From assembly GCF_009914755.1 (NCBI RefSeq), contig NC_060934.1: a stretch of DNA of 64,000 nt. One strand, 5' to 3'. Numbering within the stretch: the stretch's first letter is position 1; each line of letters starts with the position of its first letter. Both the position numbers and the translations under genes were made by a program. Below, in pieces: positions 58,669-64,000 of the stretch. The notes below the pieces were generated by a model. The model was given only the letters and a program-made list of their open reading frames with translations. It was not told the DNA's origin and made no database searches. The DNA comes from the human T2T-CHM13v2.0 reference genome, Homo sapiens.

Positions 58669-58974
58669 GGCTGGGTGTGGTGGCTCGCTCCTGTAATCCC
58701 AACACTTTGGGAAGCCAAGGTGGGCAGATCACTTGAGGTCGGGATTTCAAGACCAGCCTGGCCAACATGGTGAAACCCCATCTCTACTAAACATACAGAA
58801 ATTAGCCAGGTGTGGTGGCGGGCACCTGTAATCCCAGTTACTCAGGAGGCTGAGGCATGAGAATCACTTGAACCCAGGAGGTGGAGGTTGCAGTGAACTG
58901 AGATCACACCACTGCACTCCAGCCTGGGTGACAGAGTGAGACTCCATCTCAAAAAAGAAAACAAAAAAATAAAA
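58669..58974 (+). mobile_element. AluS
   Basis: Dimeric Alu with A-rich tail. Confidence 0.93.
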
Positions 58975-59229
58975 AGGGAAATGAGGTAAACTTTCATATA
59001 AACATTAAGAAGCACAGAGGCGGGAAAATGAAATTAAGTTGGTGGTTGGCAACCTCTGGGCATGTGTAGAGAATGAGCTTGTTGGTGCATGTTCAGGGTC
59101 ATGGGACCCTCTGGTTGCCTTAGCATCTCCCAGCACAGCCCCAGTTAACACCTATCACTTTTTCTTCCCATTGGAGAGGCAGTTTCATGTGTGAATGACA
59201 CTTCCGGGGCAGCGGCCCAGCCTTTGCAC

Positions 59230-59410
59230 ACCAGAGAAGCTCCTGCAAGTTACTTCATCACTCTGTGCCTCAACTTGCCTTTCTATGAAACAAGAATAAT
59301 AAGAGTCTTACTCTTAAGTTTTCTATGATTATTAAATGTGTTAAACTATGAAAACACTTGGCACGGAGTAAGTACTCAAGTAAATGTGAACTGTTTCAAT
59401 TGTGATTATT
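59230..59410 (+). mobile_element. MIR
   Basis: GCAAGTTACTTCATCACTCTGTGCCTCAAC...ATTAAATGTGTTAA. Confidence 0.6.
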
Positions 59411-60619
59411 CCCACCTCCCTCTGCATCTGAGTACAACTTCTCCAGTGCTGAAAAAGAGCAGTCCCTTTTAGAAGGATGCCTTCATTGTTTTAAAGAAAG
59501 CTCTTGTAAAGCGTATTGAATTATGTAGGAATGTAGTGGTCATCATCTAACTGTTCATTCATGAAGCAATTACTGAGTCCCTGCTCTTTGCCCAAGGCTA
59601 TTCTGAAAGTTAGAAATGTACAGAGGAATTGAACCTTTCATCTCTGTTCTCAGAAAAGTCTAGTCTAGCAGTGGAAATATATGAGTTTCCGGAACATTAA
59701 AATGTGTTTGACATAACAGGATTATCTGACAATAGGAATAAATAAATGGTATACCACCTATAGTAGGAAATAGCATATAGACATTAAAGAGAAAAGGCTA
59801 GATTTGTATAGACTTACGTAGAAGGAGGTTTATATTCTGAGAATACGTTATATAAAAATTAAGACGTAGAGCAATGTATATAGTATGATTGCATTTATTC
59901 TACATGTGTTTGCATTTATATTGGTGTTTGCATGAGTAGAGGTCTAAAAGACTTTACCAGTATACGAACAGCACATGAAAATGAGATTATAGAGGAACAG
60001 GCAGGATTTTACCTTTTACATCATTAAGTATGTTGCAATAAGTATGTTTTAATTTAATAATACATATTTAATGTGACAAATGCCTTAAAATTAATTTATC
60101 CCTCACCTTTTCCCAGAAAGGCTTATAAAATTTAAATATGTTATCTCCTACCTCACTAGAAAACACTCAACCTGAAATGCATTGAGCAAAAGTAATTCAT
60201 AAATGGAGGAGTCTACTGATTGAGAAATTGTCATATGTACTCAAAGTATTTTGGAATAAAGAAGGGCAAGGTCTGGCCTTCTTCTTGATCAAGAAGTGTC
60301 TCATAGCAGCACTGCTATGAGCTCCCAAATGTCCTTTAGGTCTGGCCTTCATGAGATGTTACATGTGGAGGTGCTTAACTGTGGGTTAGGGTTAAGTCCT
60401 TTGCTTTGCATGATAAGAACCTGTTTCACGAAGGGTGATCAAGTCCTACTGAGTTGATTTGCACTGTGGTACACCTTCGTTGCTGGCAGATTTCCTAAAT
60501 AAACAAAGGTCAGAAGGAATATATGAGATCTAAGCAGGTGAATTTCCATCATCTTAAGAGATATTTCCATTAATTTGTGCTAGCCTACTGAATTATCATC
60601 CGTCACTAAAGATACACAC

Positions 60620-62250
60620 AACTCATGATGGTCACATGGTCACATCTGTTAGACATGGCCCCATCCCACTGTCTAAAACACTTTTCCCTTCACTTCTGTG
60701 ATACCACATTCTCCTGTCTCCATTTTTTTCTTCCTATTTCTCCTAATCTACATATGATATATTCAATGTCTTGCCATATTGCTATTCCTTCAGGTGGTCA
60801 TGAGTCCATCCTCAACTCTAGAGAAGCTGGTGAATGGTAACATAACATTTGAGGAATGCTCAAAAGAAAGAAAATCTGAAAGAAAATAGACCTAGAAAAA
60901 ATGGCTAGAGAAATTGAAGTTAAACTTTTCTGCACATATGCTGATAGCTACCAAATCAATATGCCCAGCCCAGATCTTTCTTCCAAGTTTTAGACCCATA
61001 TTCAAAAGTTTCCAGACATCTCTATTTGGAAACTCTCCAGGCACTGTAAACATGGTTATACAAGACTGAGCTCCATCCTTGCGGTCCTGTTCCTCCCTCT
61101 CTCTGCTCCTCCCTTCCACTCTCCCACCACTACTTATATCTACTCCTCATTTACTGGTTAGATTAAATGACACTTTTATACTCTCCATTGTCCAAGCCAG
61201 AAACATGGTCCTGTCCCTCTTCTTTACTTTCTGATCCATTCAATCATGTTCAATCATTGCTACTTCCTTGAGAGCTCTGGAATCTTTTCTTTCTATTCCA
61301 CCTATCTCCATCCTAGTGCAGGCTGTTATTTTCTTCCCCAGTTACCACAGTAACTGCAGTAGTCCATTCTCACCCTGCTGTAAAGTAGTACTCAAGACTG
61401 GATAATTTATAAAGGAAAGATGTTTAATTGACTCACAGTTCCTCATAACTGGGTAGACCTCAGGAAACTTACAGTCATGGCAGGAGGCAAAGGAGAAATA
61501 AGGACCTTCTTCACGTGGCGGCAGGAGAGAGTAGAGAGCAAAGGGGGAAGAACCCCTTATAAAACCATCAGATCTCATAAAAACTTACTATCATAAAAAC
61601 AATGTGGAAGAAACTGCACCCATTATCCAGTCACCTCCCACTGGGTCCCTCCCTCAACAAGGGGGGATTATGGGGATTACAATTCCACATGAGATTTGGG
61701 TGGGGACAAAGCCAAACTCTATCAGCAGCCTCCTAACTGGTCACCCCATCTTAGTCTTCATCCTTCAACAATCCATTCTCCACATTGGAACTGCCATTGT
61801 GATTTTTTTTCAAGAGCAATCATGGTATTTCTCTGCTTAAAGCCCCCAGTTGGTTCCCATTTTCTGAGAATATGAGTGCAATCTGAGCAATGTTGCTATG
61901 AGACACTTCTTGATCAAGCCACTGCTTGTCTCCTTAGCCTTAATTCTCAGCACCTTCATCCTCTGGAGTCCCCCAGTGGCATTGAATTTCATACAGTTTC
62001 CTAACAATCAACACTCTTTTATTTGCCTGTGCTCCTCCACAGAGGCTGTTCCCTGGTCTCGGTTAGGTATCCTTGCTTTTCCCGTATCATAACACTTACC
62101 CTACCTTATCCTAATTATCCCTTTAGTTGTCTGCCCATCTTAGAACTTAAGTTTCTTTCATTCCCTTTTTGATTGTTGTATCTCTGTTGCCCAGCAAGAA
62201 TGCCTGGCCTCTGACAGACACTCAAGACGTAATGGTTGAATACATATATA
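60620..62250 (+). mobile_element. L2 fragments interrupted by a THE1 LTR
   Basis: CAGCCCAGATCTTTCTTCCAAGTTTTAGACCCATAT; GCCTCCTAACTGGTC...; 3' end CCCAGCAAGAATGCCTGGC...GGTTGAAT. Confidence 0.7.
61355..61724 (-). mobile_element. THE1C/D MaLR solo LTR
   Basis: AGTCCATTCTCACCCTGCTGTAAAG...CCCCTTATAAAACCATCAGATCTC...GAGATTTGGGTGGGGACAAAGCCAAACTCTATCA. Confidence 0.9.
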
Positions 62251-62485
62251 CATAATGCTGGGGAAATATCAAATTTTTACTCTTTCACTACTACCTCTTT
62301 ATTCCTACTTGTCATTATAATATGTCGTTTTGGGGGATGGGGGTAATGCTCTCAGTCAGTCTATGAAGCTTCCCCTAGATACTTCATTGATTTATGTGAT
62401 ATATGTGAAATTTACTGTATACTTGTGTGTATAAACACACATACACAGAGCTTTGTGATGGTATAAGTGTTCCTTGGTCTCATCA

Positions 62486-62547
62486 ATATGCAGAAAGTAG
62501 AAGAGAAATTTGGTTGATATGCATAAAGTAGAAGAGAAATTTGGTTG
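62486..62547. repeat. 31-bp tandem duplication (2 copies, 1 mismatch)
   Basis: ATATGCA(G/T)AAAGTAGAAGAGAAATTTGGTTG x2. Confidence 0.95.
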
Positions 62548-63852
62548 CTACAGTTTGCAACTATGTAATCATTTCCTCTTTTGGCCTCTTTTCCCGATTT
62601 AGATGATATTCCTTGTATTTCTTTTAAGAATATAAAGCAAGAAGCAGCTTATTTACCCATAACAAGGACCTACTGAAGTGCAGAGGAGATCTAAGTTCTG
62701 ATTGAAAGCACGAAATTGACTAAAAGCCACAAACTAACTTTGTTTTAAAACAGCAGTTACAAAAGTAGGTAAATATGTTTAAAAACAAAAACATATTTAA
62801 AAACAAAAACCTATCTTCAAGCACAGCCATTTAAAAATAAAAACACCACCAGATTATTTAAAGCCTTGAGTTAAGGGCTTTAATGGCTATATGTATGGAA
62901 ACCTTCCCTAACATCTTTATCATATATAAAACAAGCAGCTCCTATTTTAGGAGATGTGTCCTTCCTCCTTCCTTCTCCCGGTGGCAGCACAGGCAGGTAG
63001 CCGTTCTCTGAAGCAGCCTTTTGTGTTGTTGGTTTAGAGGCTTTCATTGCCCGCTAACCTTTCTGCTGAATAGATCTGTTTCCCATTGAGCCAGACTCCT
63101 GTGTGTGTTCTCTTCCTTGGTATTACATTGAGATAACAGCCAATTCTCTTCTGTTTGAATCATCAGAAGTAGCTTTATTTTTTGTTTATTGGGGTTTTTT
63201 TCTTCCTTGCACTTTTGTGATGAGCAGGTCACCATTCTCCTCCATACCACCAAAGGAATAAATAATTTATGTAACCTACCCTGATTTCCAAACAATAAAC
63301 CTGAATAAAGAGAGTAAGGGACAAGGGTTCTGTTGTAATTTCCATCTCTTACCATTTTTTTCTTTCTTCCTTTCTTTTTTCTTTTTTTTTCTGGAGGGAG
63401 TAATATTTCCAGTGAGTCTGTGAAGCTTCCCCAGAGTGTCCCATTGACTTCTCTATGGTAGTTTCATTATTGGGTGAATCAGTTTTTTCTTTGGAGCAGA
63501 TATGATATTATGAAACAATGTGATAGCTATTCGAAAGAGTGGATCACAACCTTTTTTCTACAGAGAGGAGTGGGACATAGTTCTAATTAGAACAAAGGCT
63601 TCTTAATGACTTTCAAGGCTCGTAGTTAAGGGAGACAGGGCAAGATGTCAAGGAATGGTGAGCTAAAAGAATCTACTTGGAAGATGTGGGATCTCTCCCT
63701 TCCTCTCCCCCAAGGTTCTATGCCTCTATATTCATAATTACCCTCCAAAAAACTTCAGAGAGGGTGGATAATATAATTCGGTGGTACATACTAGAAATCA
63801 CCTCTTTCTAATTTAAAAGATAGAATTTATTGGAGGTTTGTAGCAATGCTGC

Positions 63853-64000
63853 TGATATGGTTTGGCTCTGTGTTCCCACCCAAATCTCACCTTGAAGTGT
63901 AATAATCCCCACGAGTCATGGGAAGGACCCGGTGAGAGGTAATTGAATCATGGGGGCAGATTTTTCTCATGCTGTTCTCATGATAGTGAACAAGTCTTAC
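63853..64000 (+). mobile_element. THE1 MaLR LTR 5' part (runs off the window)
   Basis: TGATATGGTTTGGCTCTGTGTTCCCACCCAAATCTCACCTTGAA. Confidence 0.9.

Overview
Human genomic DNA (Alu/L1/L2/MIR/MaLR/ERV-rich). It is recognisable as part of the large 5' intronic region of CACNB2 (voltage-gated Ca2+ channel beta-2 subunit, + strand). The only coding sequence I can support is the alternative first exon of the beta-2a isoform: ATG at 52617 encodes MQCCGLVHRRRVRVSY, followed by a GTAAGT donor at 52665. It is too short to appear in the ORF track, and I accept none of the listed ORFs as genes (mostly repeat-derived or chance). The rest is intronic, with about 30 Alus, several L1/L2/MIR fragments, about 10 LTRs, two hAT MITEs, microsatellites and a strong CTCF motif. 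I found no novel multi-gene system. The most interesting signals are the uORF-packed beta-2a leader, a 5'-truncated polyadenylated MER4A LTR that looks like a retroposed ERV transcript, repeated Alu insertions into the same target site, and an unassigned element with terminal inverted repeats. Repeat subfamily names are from recalled consensus sequences, not from a search, and boundaries are approximate.
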